Assembly (NCBI GenBank): GCA_038087875.1
Contig: CM075997.1
Location: 5,520,001-5,584,000 of the forward strand
Origin: Malacoraja senta
Taxonomy: Eukaryota
DNA: 64,000 nucleotides
Direction of reading: 5' to 3'
How positions within the stretch are numbered: position 1 is the first letter of the stretch; every line of letters starts with the position of its first letter. The notes under the pieces are model-generated. The model saw only the letters and a list, made by a program, of their open reading frames with translations. It had not been told where the DNA came from and did not search any database. The position numbers and the translations under genes are program-made. Positions 40,416 through 52,607 of the stretch are shown piece by piece.

Positions 40416-41287
40416 ATAGAAACATAGAAACATGGAAACATAGAAAATAGGTGCAGGAGTAGGCCATTCGGCCCTTCGAGCTTGCACCGCCATTCAATAT
40501 GATCATGGCTGATCATCCAACTCAGTATCCTGTACCTGCCTTCTCTCCATACCCCCTGATCTCTTTAGCCACAAGGGCCACATCTAACTCCCTCTTAAAT
40601 ATAGCCAATGAACTGGCCTCAACTACCTGTGGCAGAGAGTTCCAGAGATTCACCACTCTCTGTGTGAAAAATGTTTATCTCATCTCGGTCCTAAAGGATT
40701 TCCCCTTTATCCTTAAACTGTTACCCCTTGTCCTGTACTTCCCCAACATCGGGAACAATCTTTCTACATCTAGCCTGTCCAACCCCTTAAGAATTTTGTA
40801 AGTTTCTATAAGATCCCCCCTCAATGGTCTAAATTCTAGCGAGTACAAGCCGAGTCTATCCAGTCTTTCTTCATATGAAAGTCCTGACATCCCAGAAATC
40901 AGTCTGGTGAACCTTCGCTGTACTCCCTCTATGGCAAGAATGTCTTTCCTCAGATTAGGAGACCAAAACTGTACGCAATACTCCAGGTGTGGCCTCACCA
41001 AGACCCTGTACAACTGCAGTAGAACCTNNNNNNNNNNNNNNNNNNNNNNNNNNNNNNNNNNNNNNNNNNNNNNNNNNNNNNNNNNNNNNNNNNNNNNNNN
41101 NNNNNNNNNNNNNNNNNNNNNNNNNNNNNNNNNNNNNNNNNNNNNNNNNNNNNNNNNNNNNNNNNNNNNNNNNNNNNNNNNNNNNNNNNNNNNNNNNNNN
41201 NNNNNNNNNNNNNNNNNNNNNNNNNNNTACAACTGCAGTAGAACCTCCCTGCTCCTATACTCAAATCCTCTTGCTATGAAGGCCAAA
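40416..41287 (-). mobile_element. CR1-clade LINE 3' part spanning the assembly gap
   Basis: LVRPHLEYCVQFWSP..; (TTTCTATG)n tail. Confidence 0.9.
41028..41227. other. Assembly gap (200 N)
   Basis: Run of N. Confidence 1.
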
Positions 41288-41640
41288 GAGGGAGAGAGAA
41301 GGGGGAGAGAGAAGGGGGAGAGAGGGAAGAGATTGGTAGAGAGATGGGAGAGAGAGAGGGGGAAAGAGAGGGGCGAGAGTGGGTGTGAGAGGGGGGAGAG
41401 AGAGAGAGGGGTGAGCGAGAGAGAGGGGGAGCGAGAGAGAGGGGGAGCGAGAGAGAGGGGTGTAGATAGAGAGGGGGAGAGAGAGGGGGGGTTGAGAGAG
41501 GGCGAGATAGACAGAGGGGGAGAGGGGGGCGAGAGAGGTGGGAGAGAGGGAGAGGGAGAAAGAGGGGTGAGAGAGGCGGACAGAGAGAGGGGGAGAGAGA
41601 GAAGGGAAAAGAGAGAGGGGGAGAGAGAGGCGGAAAGACG
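41288..41640. repeat. GA-rich low-complexity tract
   Basis: Imperfect (GA)n/GGGAGA repeats. Confidence 0.9.
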
Positions 41641-41695
41641 GTGGTAGGTGTCTGGAATGTACTGTCAAGGGTGGTGATGGAGGCAGTTATGATCA

Positions 41696-42325
41696 TGAAT
41701 GAATGAATCAATAAATGAATGAATGAATGAATAAGTTTATTGGCCAAGTATTCACATACAAGGAATTTGCCTTGGTGCTCTGCCCACAAGTGACAACATG
41801 ACATAGAGTGACAGTTAGGAATGATACATAAAACATTAAACATTAATAATAAAACATTATTGATTAAACATGTGAATTAAATAAAATACCAGAGCAAAAG
41901 GAGGCTACAGATTTTTGGTTATTGAGTAGAGTTATTACTCGTGGAAAAAAGCTGTATTTATGTCTGTCTGTGGCAGCTTTGACAGTCCGGAGTCGCCTTC
42001 CAGACGGAAGTGATTCAAAGAGTTTGTGGTCAGGGTGAGAGGGGTCAGAGACGATCTTACCCTCTCGCTTCCTGGCCCTTGCAGTGTACAGTTCGTCAAT
42101 GGAGGGAAGGTTGCAGCCAACAACCTTCTCAGCTGATCGGACGATTCGCTGCAGCCTCCGGATGTCGTGCTTGGTGGCTGAGCCAAACCAGACCATGATG
42201 GAGAAGGTGCGGGCAGACTCTACGATGGCCGTATAGAATTGGACCATCATTGCTTGTGGCAGATTGTGTTTCCTCAGCTGCCACAGGAAGTACATCCTCT
42301 GTTGTGCCTTTTTGACTGTCACATG
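41696..42325 (-). mobile_element. Rex1/Babar-type LINE 3' end
   Basis: KKAQQRMYFL..FYTAIVES..VWFGS..LQRIVRSAEK..DPSHP..LPSGRRLR..SFFP; (TTCA)n tail. Confidence 0.85.
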
Positions 42326-42420
42326 ATGATCATAAGATCATCATGTGATAAGAGCAGAATTACGCCATTCGGCCCATCAAGTCTACTCCGCCACTCAATC
42401 ACAGCTGATCTATCTCTCCC

Positions 42421-43389
42421 TTTTTTTTTTTTTTTTTTTAATAATTTTTTTAATAGAAGTACGGTAGATTACAGTAATGTACAACACGTATATATTAATA
42501 CATTTTTTGTACCGCTTCACTTTTTTAAACTTTGAGAAAGAAAAAGAAAGAAGTAAGAAAAGTGAAGAAAGTGCGCAAAGGTTGTGAAGTGCAAAAGAGT
42601 GTTGGGAAAAGAAAGCCCCTTAGAAAAGAAGTTAGAGAAGGAAGTAAAGTTAGAAAATAGACCCTAGAAAAGAAAGAGAAAGAAAGAAGGAACAATCGCT
42701 CTATTATAACTCTTATAACGTACTTCATAGAGAAGGAACTACCAACCAAGTCTGTTTTTGTTTTACCTCCCATTACCAGGTCCAGATACCTTTTATTTAT
42801 TTATTTGTTTTTCTAAATTACTATTGCACCTCATGCTTGTAATAGGTCCAAAAACGTAGACCACGTCTTTTGAAATTGGTCTACTTTGCCTACTAGGAGG
42901 AATCTCATCTCTTCCAGATGTAATGTTTCCAACATATTTGATGTCCACATTTTTATTGTTGGTGTGGGCGCATTTTTCCAGAATTTAAGTATAAGCTTTT
43001 TTCCCATTATTAGCCCATAATTGAGTAAATTCTTCTGATACACGTTTAATTCAGGAATACCTTCCGATATTCCAAAAATAATCCATTCTGGTTTTGGTAC
43101 CAGTTTTATTTTGATTAATTTTGAAAAAATATCAAATATTTCAAACCAGAATTTTTGGATTTTTGTACAAAAAACAAAAGAATGTGCTATGGTAGCTTCT
43201 TGACATATACATTTATCACAGATTGGTGAGACGTTAGGAAAGATTTTATTTAGTTTGGTTTTTGAATAATATAATCTATGTAATGTTTTAAATTGGATAA
43301 GCGTATGTCGTACGTTGATCGAGCATTTATGCACCTGTAATAAATGATTATCCCAACTCTCTTTTGAAATTTTTATACCTAGATCTTGT
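42421..43389 (-). mobile_element. 5'-truncated L1-clade LINE (same family as 16306-17200) inside a CR1 3' UTR
   Basis: ORF 42831-43334 with CDKC..HSFVFC; polyA; TSD TGATCTATCTCTCC. Confidence 0.9.
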
Positions 43390-43712
43390 TGATCTATCTC
43401 TCCTAATCCAATTCCGCCTTCTCCCTATAACCTCTGACACCCGTACTAATCAGGAGTCTATCTATCTCTGCTTTAGATATATCCACTGACTTGACCTCCA
43501 CCGCCAACTGTGGCAAAGAATTCCAAAGATTCACCATCCTAACTAAAGAGATCTCTCCTCATCTCCTCATCTCTTTCCTAAAAGAACGTCCTTTAATTCT
43601 GAGCCTGTGACCTCTAGTCCTAGACTCTCCCACTGGTGGAAACATCCTCTCCACATCCACTCTATCCAAGCTTTTCGATAGTGGCGTTTAAGAGGCTTTT
43701 AGGTGGGCACAG

Positions 43713-43927
43713 AAGATAGACACAAAATGCTGGAGTAACTCAGCGGGACAGGCAGCAACTCTGCAGAGAAGGAATGGGTGACGTTTCGGGTCGAGACCCT
43801 TCTTTAGACTCGACCCGAAACATCACCCATTTCGTCTCTCCAGAGATGCTGCCTGTCCCGCTGAGTTACTCCAGCATTTTGTGTCTATCTTCGATTTAAA
43901 CCAGCATCTGCAGTTCCTTCCTACACA
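43713..43927. mobile_element. Penelope-derived fold-back repeat
   Basis: Inverted arms GAAGATAGACACAAAATGCTGGAG..; flanks TTTAGGTGGGCAC and TTTAGGTAGGCAC. Confidence 0.75.
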
Positions 43928-44180
43928 TTTAGGTAGGCACATGGATATGAAGGGAATGGAGGGATATGGATTACGTGCAGGCAGAGGAGATTGGTTTACC
44001 TTGGCATCATGTTCAGCATTGACATTGCGGGCTGAAGGGCCTGTTCCGGTGCTGTTCCATGCTCTCTGCACCAAGCCCGCGTGCTTTCATTAGCTCCTGC
44101 ATTTGCGCTGTTGTACGGCTATGTCCAGCGTGGCCCTTGGTGCAAGCTCTGATGTCGGCACGACTTGAACCAACACTCAC

Positions 44181-44272
44181 CCCACTGCCTTTCAACATCT
44201 GGGCTCCATTACGCCTCTCCTTGGATGGACTGGTGGAAGAAACGGACAGGAGGTTTGACGACATTATGGATT
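44181..44272 (-). CDS. Candidate internal exon of an unidentified gene
   Basis: Acceptor TTGATTTTCAG, donor GGG|GTGAGT, one open frame SIMSSNLLSVSSTSPSKERRNGAQMLKGSG, non-repetitive context; no homology recognised. Confidence 0.25.
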
Positions 44273-46829
44273 CTGAAAATCAATGGATAAACGCTCTGTG
44301 CCCAGGCACCCTCCGACACGCGAGTGTCAGCAGTTCAGCAGGAACAGCTTACTTTCCCTTCATGATTATAGAGTCATAGAGTGATACAGTGTGGAAACAG
44401 GCCCTTCAGCCCGACTTGCCCACACCGGCCAATGTCCCAGCTACACTAGTCCCACCTGCCCGCATTTGGTCCATATCCCTCCAAACCTGTCCTATCCGTG
44501 TACCTGTCTAACTGTTTCTTAAATGTTGGGATAGCCCCGGCCTCAACTACCTCCTCAGGCAGCTTGTTCCATACACCCGCCACCCTCTGTGTGAAAAAGT
44601 TACCCCTCAGATTCCTATTAAATCTTTTCCTCTTCACTTTAAACCTATTCACCTACTCTGGGCAAGAGACTCTGTGCATCTACCCGATCTATTCCTCTCA
44701 TGATTTTGTACACCTCAAGATCATCCCTCATCCTCGTGTGCTCCAAGGAATAGATTCCCACTGTTCCCACAGTGATCAGGAGAGCACACTGGATTGAGAC
44801 ACTCAGCCTCTTTTTCTGAGAGGACAATGGAAGATTAACGTGAGTGGGTGTACTGGCCTTGTCCTAACAGATCAGTGATCAGGTAGGCTGGAGGGGTGTC
44901 CAGGAGTGGATGCTCACAGGCACTACTGGACAAGAGACACAGGGTGCGCTTCCAAGCTCCAGCTTCGGGACAGCTGGTAGAGCTGCTGCTTCACAGCACC
45001 AGAGGCCAGGGTTCCATCCTGATCTCCGCTGCTGTCTGTGTGGAGTTTGCATGTTCCCTCTGTGACCACGTGGGTTTCCTCCGGGTGCACCAGTTTCCAC
45101 CCAGAATGGGTTGTTAGGTTAATGGGCCCCTGAAAAATGTGCCTTATGTGCAGGTGAACGATAGAATCAGGAGGTTTGACAGCAAATGGAAGGAATAAAG
45201 TTGGGTTGGATGAGTGTAGGATTAGTGTTCATGGGTGGTTCATAGTGAGCATGGCTCTATGGGTTGAAGAGCCTGTTTTGGTGCTGTATTTCTCTCTATC
45301 TCACTATTAATACAGCCTTCAGAAAATGAGAGATCAGGGCAGGATGGGCCAAAGATGGACAGGTTTTTAGGTTAATTGGCTTCGGTAAAGATTGTAACTT
45401 GTTCCTGGTGTGTAGGATAGCGCTCGTGTATGGGGATCGCTGGTCAATGCAGATTGAAGGGCATGTTACATCTTCCCTATGATGGGTGACCAGAACTGAA
45501 CACAATACTCTAAATGTGGCGTCAACATTGTCTTGTACAACCATATCATCACATCCCAACTACTCTACTCAATACCCTGACTGATGGAGGCCAATGTGCC
45601 AAAAGCTTCCTTGACGACCCCATCCACCTGTGATGCCACATTCAAGGAACTATGTACTTCTGGATCCCTCTACAACACTCCCCAGAGCCTTGCATTCACT
45701 GTGAAGCTCCTGCCCTTGACTTTCCAAATTGAACACCTTGCACTTATTGCATTAAACGTATCCATTTCTCAGCCCAGTTTCCAACTGGTCAAGATCCTGC
45801 TGTAATGTTTCGATAATCATCTTCGCCATGTCTTCGTAATCATCTTCGCTATCTATGATACCAGCCACTTTAGTGTCATCTGTAAACTTAAGGGCCTGTC
45901 CCATTTCGTGTCCTTGGCAGGCAAATTATGCGACCTCGTAGTCACGTTGAGGCGCACGGGCATCGTATGGCCTCGCGGGGCCGGTCCCACTGAGAAGCGC
46001 GGAGGGGTATGGAGTTGTGCGCGACATCGCGCGGGGCTCCGAAATTTTTGTAGCGAACAATATCTTCGCGCGCCAACAGCCTGTCGCGGAACTGACGGCC
46101 AAAGTGGGACAGGCCCAAGACCCTGACACTACGCAACGTCTCACCTTCACCAGCAGCAGAAGCAGGCAAACGATCGCCGAGCTCGGCCTGGGGCTCACGG
46201 CCGTTGCGGTCCGGATCCGCCCCCACTCCTACTCCCAGAGCGGGGCCAGGTGAGGAGCTGTTCTGCTGGCGGGGAGGATGTGATGAACTTTTCGGAAGGT
46301 TTTGTTTGGCGGGGAGAAACAAAAGCAGTCAGACTTTGCAGTTCAGAGCTTTGTCGATCTGCAGAGACTTTCTTTGTTCAAAGATTCCTCTAATTAGGGA
46401 GGATTTGTCCGTGTATCTGTAAAGTCGTAGGAGCGGCAGTGGCTGGCGGAAGGCCAAGTTACACTTGAACGAGTGGGAGCTGAGTCTAGAGCGGTGTTTG
46501 TGGTCAGTAACATCGGAAAGCTCCCTCCTACACCGACTTGCCCGGTCCAGGTGGGCTGGGTAAGAACGGCAACAGTGCCTTGGATTTCGTTGAAGCCGGG
46601 GAGGCTCCGGAGACCTGAGGAAGAAGCATAAGGAAGCTCCATTTTTGACGACGGGGAGGATTGGCACGGACATTCCTATCTTATCAGGAGGAGACTGCTT
46701 CTGTCGCTTACCAAGAAAGCCTTCACAAGACTATTTAACTGCTGCAAAAGAGTGGAGGTGCAGCAACAGCAGAAAGACTGCTTTGGATATAAACTACTGA
46801 TACTTTGTGTGTTGTGCCACGCCCTAAAG

Positions 46830-48932
46830 ATGGCGGCCACTCAGAGTTATGCAGCTGCTGCACGGTCGGCAGTCTCCGAGACTGAGGGCCACGAGTTGAT
46901 GGGGCGCACATATGGTGTAAAAATGTACATGAAGAGCAACCTGCCCTTAAAGGCCTTTCTAGATGCGATGGGTGAGACTGTTGGCAAGAAAGCCATAGTC
47001 TCGGGCGCGGTGGTCAGTGGGAAGGTTGTGGTTCTACTAAAGACTGAACAGGCGGTGGCTCTGGCTCAGGAAAGGGGGGTAACAGCAGGCGGCAATTTCA
47101 CGGCGGTGGACCCATGGGGGGGTCCCGTTTTGCCGGTCATTCTGTCCAACGTTCCCACTTTTGTTCCGGATGCGCTCCTGCTCCCACATGTAAAGAAGCT
47201 GGGGGAGGTGCGGTCAGGGCTCACCAAACTGTTGTACAGGTTTGACGATCCTGAGATGCAGCATATATATACGTTCAAGCGTCGCGTGTATATACAGTTG
47301 GCACAGGGGATGGACACGGAGGGGAGTTTTGAGGTGGAGGTGGATGATTTCTCCTATCGCGTGTTCTGGAATGCGGGCCAAGTGCGTTGTCATGCTTGCA
47401 AAAAGGTGGGGCATTTTCGCAAGAATTGTCCCAGGACCCGGGCTGCCAGTTCAACCACGATGGCACGGGAAAGCACTACAGGCCCATCTGGGGCTGCTGG
47501 TTTTACCACGGTGGCCCGTGAAGGCTTTACTCCCCTACCCCCAACCCCTATCCCCCCACCACCCCCATGTCCCGTACCTATGGCGGTGGATGCCGGAGAA
47601 GTGCGTAGGGTGGATGGGAAGGTTTGGGAGCATCAGCAGGGGAGGAAAGTCAAGAAAAAGAAGAAACATCTCCAGGCGGGTCCCCTAGAAGATGATCACC
47701 TCCAAGCGGGACCCCAGGCAGCAGATAATTTCATGCTCGCCTCAGAGATAGACGGTAGTGTGGAGGTAGAGGCTTCTGCAATGGAGCTCACCGTACCACC
47801 GTACGCCAGTGGTTCGAAGAGGAGGAGGCATGGGTCCTCCGATACAGAGAAGGGGCCTGAAGTTCAGGGGCAACCTGAAGGGGAGCCTTCCCCTCGTGTT
47901 GAGGTGGGGTACCCAGGGCACGTTTCCTCTGAGGGGGAGGATGCCTCTGTAGGTCTGGGACCACCTGAGAGTGGAGATATATTGCTCTTGGGGGCTGTTC
48001 CCCCAGAAAACACGTCTGCTAGCTTAGTGGGTGACCAGGGGCAGCCTGAAGGGGGGGACTTGGGTGAGGGGGTGGGTCCCCAACATGAGCTCCCCGTTGA
48101 GGCTACAAGCCCAGTTGAGGGGTGTGATGCCCCACTGGTTGAGGGAGCAGGGGAGACTCCAGTAACATCGGCCCCTGAGGGCCACAGTGGGGGGATTCAC
48201 CTGGTGGTGGGGGACGGGGACTCTCTGGGTGACGGTGCAGGGGCGGATACCCTGGGTGCGGAGGAGGGCAAGATCGTTTTGGATCGTGTCCTTAGGTCGG
48301 ACTCCAGACAGACCTGCTTACAGCAAGGCCCGGAGACTTGCTCTGACTTCACTGTTCCCAATCCGGTTAAAGAGGGCGATGGGAGCGTGCAGGAGACTGG
48401 CCAATTGTCAGATAGCTTGCCGCGGTCAGAGGCACTGGTACCTGCCCCTGTCACTGATCCTGGGGGTGGGATGGTGACAGAGGAGGGACTGTGTGATGTG
48501 GCTGGAATGCCCACCTCACAGGGAGGGGTGAGTGAGGAGGGTGAGAGTAGTAACCTTCTGGACTCGGGCTCGGACATTGAGTGCGAGGAGGAAGGTACGC
48601 GGGAGTACGTTGACAGTGAGTTGATGGACTGCTCCACCCGTGGCCCCGTGTCTCGACTTGTCGAAGTCTGGGAACTTCGGAAGTTCTTAAAGGAAACTAG
48701 AGGGAGTAGGAACAAGGTGGATTTGGCTGTTGACCGCTGGTCGGACCTGATGGCGCCCATGCAGTCCATTCATGCCATCCTTCAGAAGAAGGGGAATGAG
48801 GCGGGGCTAGTAAGAAATGAGAGGCGCCAGTTCCAAGAGCTTTTTAAGACCCTAAAGAGAGGGAAGAAGGGTAGGGGCGGCTCCAACCCATCACCGGGGA
48901 GGGGTAAAAGATCTAGTGTACTTTCAAAATGA
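46830..48932 (+). CDS. Tx1 ORF1 (gag-like, CCHC zinc knuckle), uninterrupted
   Basis: AAGATGGCG start, MAATQSYAAA, VILSNVPTF, CHACKKVGHFRKNC, long acidic low-complexity region. Confidence 0.85.
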   Translation: MAATQSYAAAARSAVSETEGHELMGRTYGVKMYMKSNLPLKAFLDAMGETVGKKAIVSGAVVSGKVVVLLKTEQAVALAQERGVTAGGNFTAVDPWGGPVLPVILSNVPTFVPDALLLPHVKKLGEVRSGLTKLLYRFDDPEMQHIYTFKRRVYIQLAQGMDTEGSFEVEVDDFSYRVFWNAGQVRCHACKKVGHFRKNCPRTRAASSTTMARESTTGPSGAAGFTTVAREGFTPLPPTPIPPPPPCPVPMAVDAGEVRRVDGKVWEHQQGRKVKKKKKHLQAGPLEDDHLQAGPQAADNFMLASEIDGSVEVEASAMELTVPPYASGSKRRRHGSSDTEKGPEVQGQPEGEPSPRVEVGYPGHVSSEGEDASVGLGPPESGDILLLGAVPPENTSASLVGDQGQPEGGDLGEGVGPQHELPVEATSPVEGCDAPLVEGAGETPVTSAPEGHSGGIHLVVGDGDSLGDGAGADTLGAEEGKIVLDRVLRSDSRQTCLQQGPETCSDFTVPNPVKEGDGSVQETGQLSDSLPRSEALVPAPVTDPGGGMVTEEGLCDVAGMPTSQGGVSEEGESSNLLDSGSDIECEEEGTREYVDSELMDCSTRGPVSRLVEVWELRKFLKETRGSRNKVDLAVDRWSDLMAPMQSIHAILQKKGNEAGLVRNERRQFQELFKTLKRGKKGRGGSNPSPGRGKRSSVLSK

Positions 48933-51900
48933 AGCTCACTATAGCCAGCCTGAATATCAATGGGGGCAGGGGGTCTCTCCGTAGGTTTCACCATCTCTCA
49001 GTGCTCAGGGACGGGAGGTATGCGGTGAGCTTCCTGCAGGAAACACACACTGTGGCTAGTGATGAACCCACATGGCTCCTGGAGTGGGAAGGGGGGGTCT
49101 ACATGAGTCATCTCAGCTCCAAATCGAGTGGAGTAGCCTTCCTGTTGGCCCCGTCTTTCCAGCCAGAGATCCTCAAAGTGCAGGAGGTTGTACCAGGCCG
49201 TTTGCTGTATCTGGCCGTGCGCTTGGATGGCGTGCCATTACACTTCGTTAATGTGTACGCCCCCAAGATCGGCGCAATGCAGACGCGCTTAACAAGGGAA
49301 GTGACCACGTTGTTGAATACTATCGACCGTGGGGAGTGTGTTTTCCTTGGGGGAGATTTTAATTGTGCCCTCGAGACAAGAGATCGCTCTGGCGTTCAGC
49401 GTGACCCGGGAGCAGTGAAGACTTTGAGGGAGAATGGTGGACTCTTTTGAGCTGGTAGATGCTTGGCGGAATTTCAATCCTGACTCTAACGCCTTCTCGT
49501 ACAGGTTTGAGGGTGGTGGTTCCCGTATTGATCATTTATACGTGTCCAAGGCCTATGTCTCCTGTGTTTCGGCGGCCTCCATGCAGCCGGCGCCATGCTC
49601 GGACCATTGCCTGGTGCGAGTGGACTTTATCCCAGCGCGCACACGGGCAGGGTCCGCGTACTGGCATTTTAATAGCCAGCTGTTGGAGGATCGCCGATTC
49701 CGGGATTCATTCAGGCAGTTCTGGGCGAGGTGGACAGAGAGGCAGGGGCGTTTCCTTTCCCTAAGGCAGTGGTGGGATGTGGGGAAGGTCTACGTCCGTC
49801 AGTTTTGCCAGGACTATGCGAGGGGGTCGACCAAGGGGCGGGAATCCGAGATCGGACGGCTTGAGAGAGAGTTGCTCGACTCGGAGGCTCGTCTGGATCA
49901 GACTGGTGGGGCTTCGTGTGAGTGGGAGGAATACCAGGAGAAGAAGGGAGCACTGAGGGACTTGCAGCTTAGGAGGTCCCGGGGTGCGTATGTGAGGTCG
50001 CGGGTCCAGATGTTGCACGACCTGGACCGCGCCTCCCCCTTTTTCTTTTCTCTGGAGAAGGGGCGAGGAGCCCGCAGGCAGCTTGTAGAGTTGCTTGCGG
50101 ATGATGGCTCCTCTGTCACAGATCCAGAGAGCATTGGTGCCTCAGTTCGGTCGTTCTACAGGACTCTGTTCTCGGCTGGCACATCGAGTGGGGAGGCACA
50201 AGAAGTCCTGTGGGAGGGGCTTACCCGCTGTGTGCAATGATGTGGCTGAACACCTGGATGATCCCCTAACTCTGGAGGAGTTGACTGTTGCCCTGCACCA
50301 GCTCAGGAGGGGCAAGTCTCCAGGGCTGGATGGGCTGACTGTGGAGTACCTTAGAGCCTTCAGGGATGTCCTGGGGGGCGACTATATGAAGGTCTTGGGG
50401 GAGAGCCTGGCGACCGGGGAGATGCCTTTCTCTTGGCGCAGGGCAGTTGTTGTCCTGCTGCCCAAGAAGGGTGATCTTCGCCTTTTGAAGAACTGGCGCC
50501 CGGTCTCTCTCCTCAGCACGGACTATAAAGTCTTTGCACGGGCATTGGCGAATCGCCTGGGTCCCGTGCTGTCTCAGGTGATCCACCCTGACCAGTCGTA
50601 CACAGTCCCGGGCCGGTCCATCCAGGACAATATCCATCTGCTCCGGGACCTGATCCATCTGTCCCAGGGGGCTGGTCAGTCGGTCGCCTTTCTCTCCCTC
50701 GACCAGGAGAAGGCGTTTGACAGGGTGGAGCACGACTACCTTCTTGGGACTCTGCAGGCGTTCGGATTTGGACCGCATTTTGTGGCCTGGGTCCGACTGT
50801 TATATACTGCTGCAGAATGCCTTGTTAAGGTCAACGGCTCTTTGTTGGCCCCCATTCCCTTTGGGAGGGGGTTCGTCAGGGATGTCCCATGTCCGGCCAG
50901 CTGTATTCCATCTGTGTCGAGCCTTTCCTGTGCCTTCTCCGGAGGAGGTTGACAGGCCTGGCTTTACCGGGGCCGGAGATGGAGGTGGTTCTCTCGGCCT
51001 ACGCCGATGATGTCCTTCTGATGTTCACCGACCCTGTTGACCTGCGGAGGATGCGTGAGTGCCAGCAGGTTTTCTCGGCTGCATCTTCCGCCAGGATCAA
51101 CTGGGGGAAGTGTTCTGGTCTCTTGGTGGGTGGGTGGCAGGTGGGCTCCCTGCCGGAGGAGATGGCAGGTTTTGCGTGGAGTACCACGCACCACCTCTAT
51201 CTGGGGGTCTACCTGAGTCCCGCTGAGGAGGGGTGGCCGGCGAACTGGCAGGAGCTGGAGGCGAAAGTGGTCGCCCGGCTGGGACGTTGGTCAGGCCTAC
51301 TTGGTGTGATCTCTTACCGGGGAAGGGCTGTAGTTATAAACCAGCTGGTGGCCTCTCTGCTGTGGTACCGGATGGCCACTATGGTCCCATCCTCTTATTT
51401 TATAACCATGTTACAGAGGAGATTGGTCAACTTCTTCTGGGGGGAGAGGAACCACTGGGTCTCTGCTGGGGTTCTCAGTCTCCCGTTGGAGGAGGGTGGT
51501 CAGGCACTGGTCTGTATTCGTACCCAGGTGGCGGCTCTCCGACTCAGGACCCTGCGGAGGTACGTCTACTCGGACTACCCTCCTAAATGGCACGTGCTGG
51601 CGACGTACTTTTTCCGTCAGGGGCAGTGCCTTCAGGAGGCCTCCCGGCTCCCGGTAGCGGGCATGAGTCGACGCGCTAGGCGGGAGTTGCCTGGCTTTTA
51701 CCGTGAACTCCTGAAGGCCAGGAATTTGGTCAACTTCAGCCAGGGCCCTGCTCCTCAGGGGGAGGGGGGTGTCGTGGCTGTGACGGTGGGTGTCGAGGAG
51801 AGGCATGTACATGGAGCGATTCCGGACGAGCTTACCCCCGCTCAGTCGGAATTGTTCATAGGGCCCATGGCCCGGGACCCTCCCCGAGAGCCGGCTCCAT

Positions 51901-52607
51901 GCAACATGAGCCGCCTTTCTGAGATGCCCAGTGTGCCATTCTGTGGCGCGGAGAGGCGTGTACTGTACAGGCTGCTCTTGCACACTCTCCACTTCCTCGC
52001 CCTCGTCTTCCGTCCAGACACACCCTGGTGGTCCGTGTTACCACCTGACGAGGGGAGCGGTCCCCAGTGGAGGTCTCTCTACAAGGGAGTCCTCCCCCTT
52101 TACATCGGGGACCTGGGGTGGAGAGTTTTGCACAAAGCCGTGGCCTGTAATAGGTACTTGAGCCGGTTCACGGACTCTTCCCCTGCGTGTCATTTCTGCG
52201 GTGAGGAAGAGACCGTGTTCCACGTGTATATAGAGTGCGAGAGGTTGCAGCCCCTGTTCGAGTATCTGAAAGGGCTGCTCCTCAAGTTTTGGCTACATTT
52301 TAGTCCAACGCTATTAATCTATGGGCACCCGGTACAGAGGGGGGAGGGTCGGGAGGGAGGAGGGGGTCTCCCTGTCGGACTGCTCCTGGGCCTGGCCATG
52401 ATGGCCATTCGCGGATCCAGGCAGTGGGCGGTCGATGGCCGCACAGCGGTCGGCTGCCTGCCCCTTTTCCGGGGTTACGTCCGTGCCCGCGTGTCCCTAG
52501 AGAGGGAACACGCGGTGTCCACTGGGACTGTGGAGGCCTTCTGTGAACGCTGGTCACCGCAGGAGGTTGAATATATTATAGATAAAAATGTTAATATTTT
52601 AATTTGA
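48929..52607 (+). pseudogene. Tx1 ORF2 (APE endonuclease + RT) with three frameshifts (~49435, ~50225, ~50870)
   Basis: SLNING, LQETH, NVYAP, GGDFN, SRID, SDH; KSPGLDG, NWRPVSLL, LDQEKAFD, YADD; CHFC..H..C. Confidence 0.9.
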
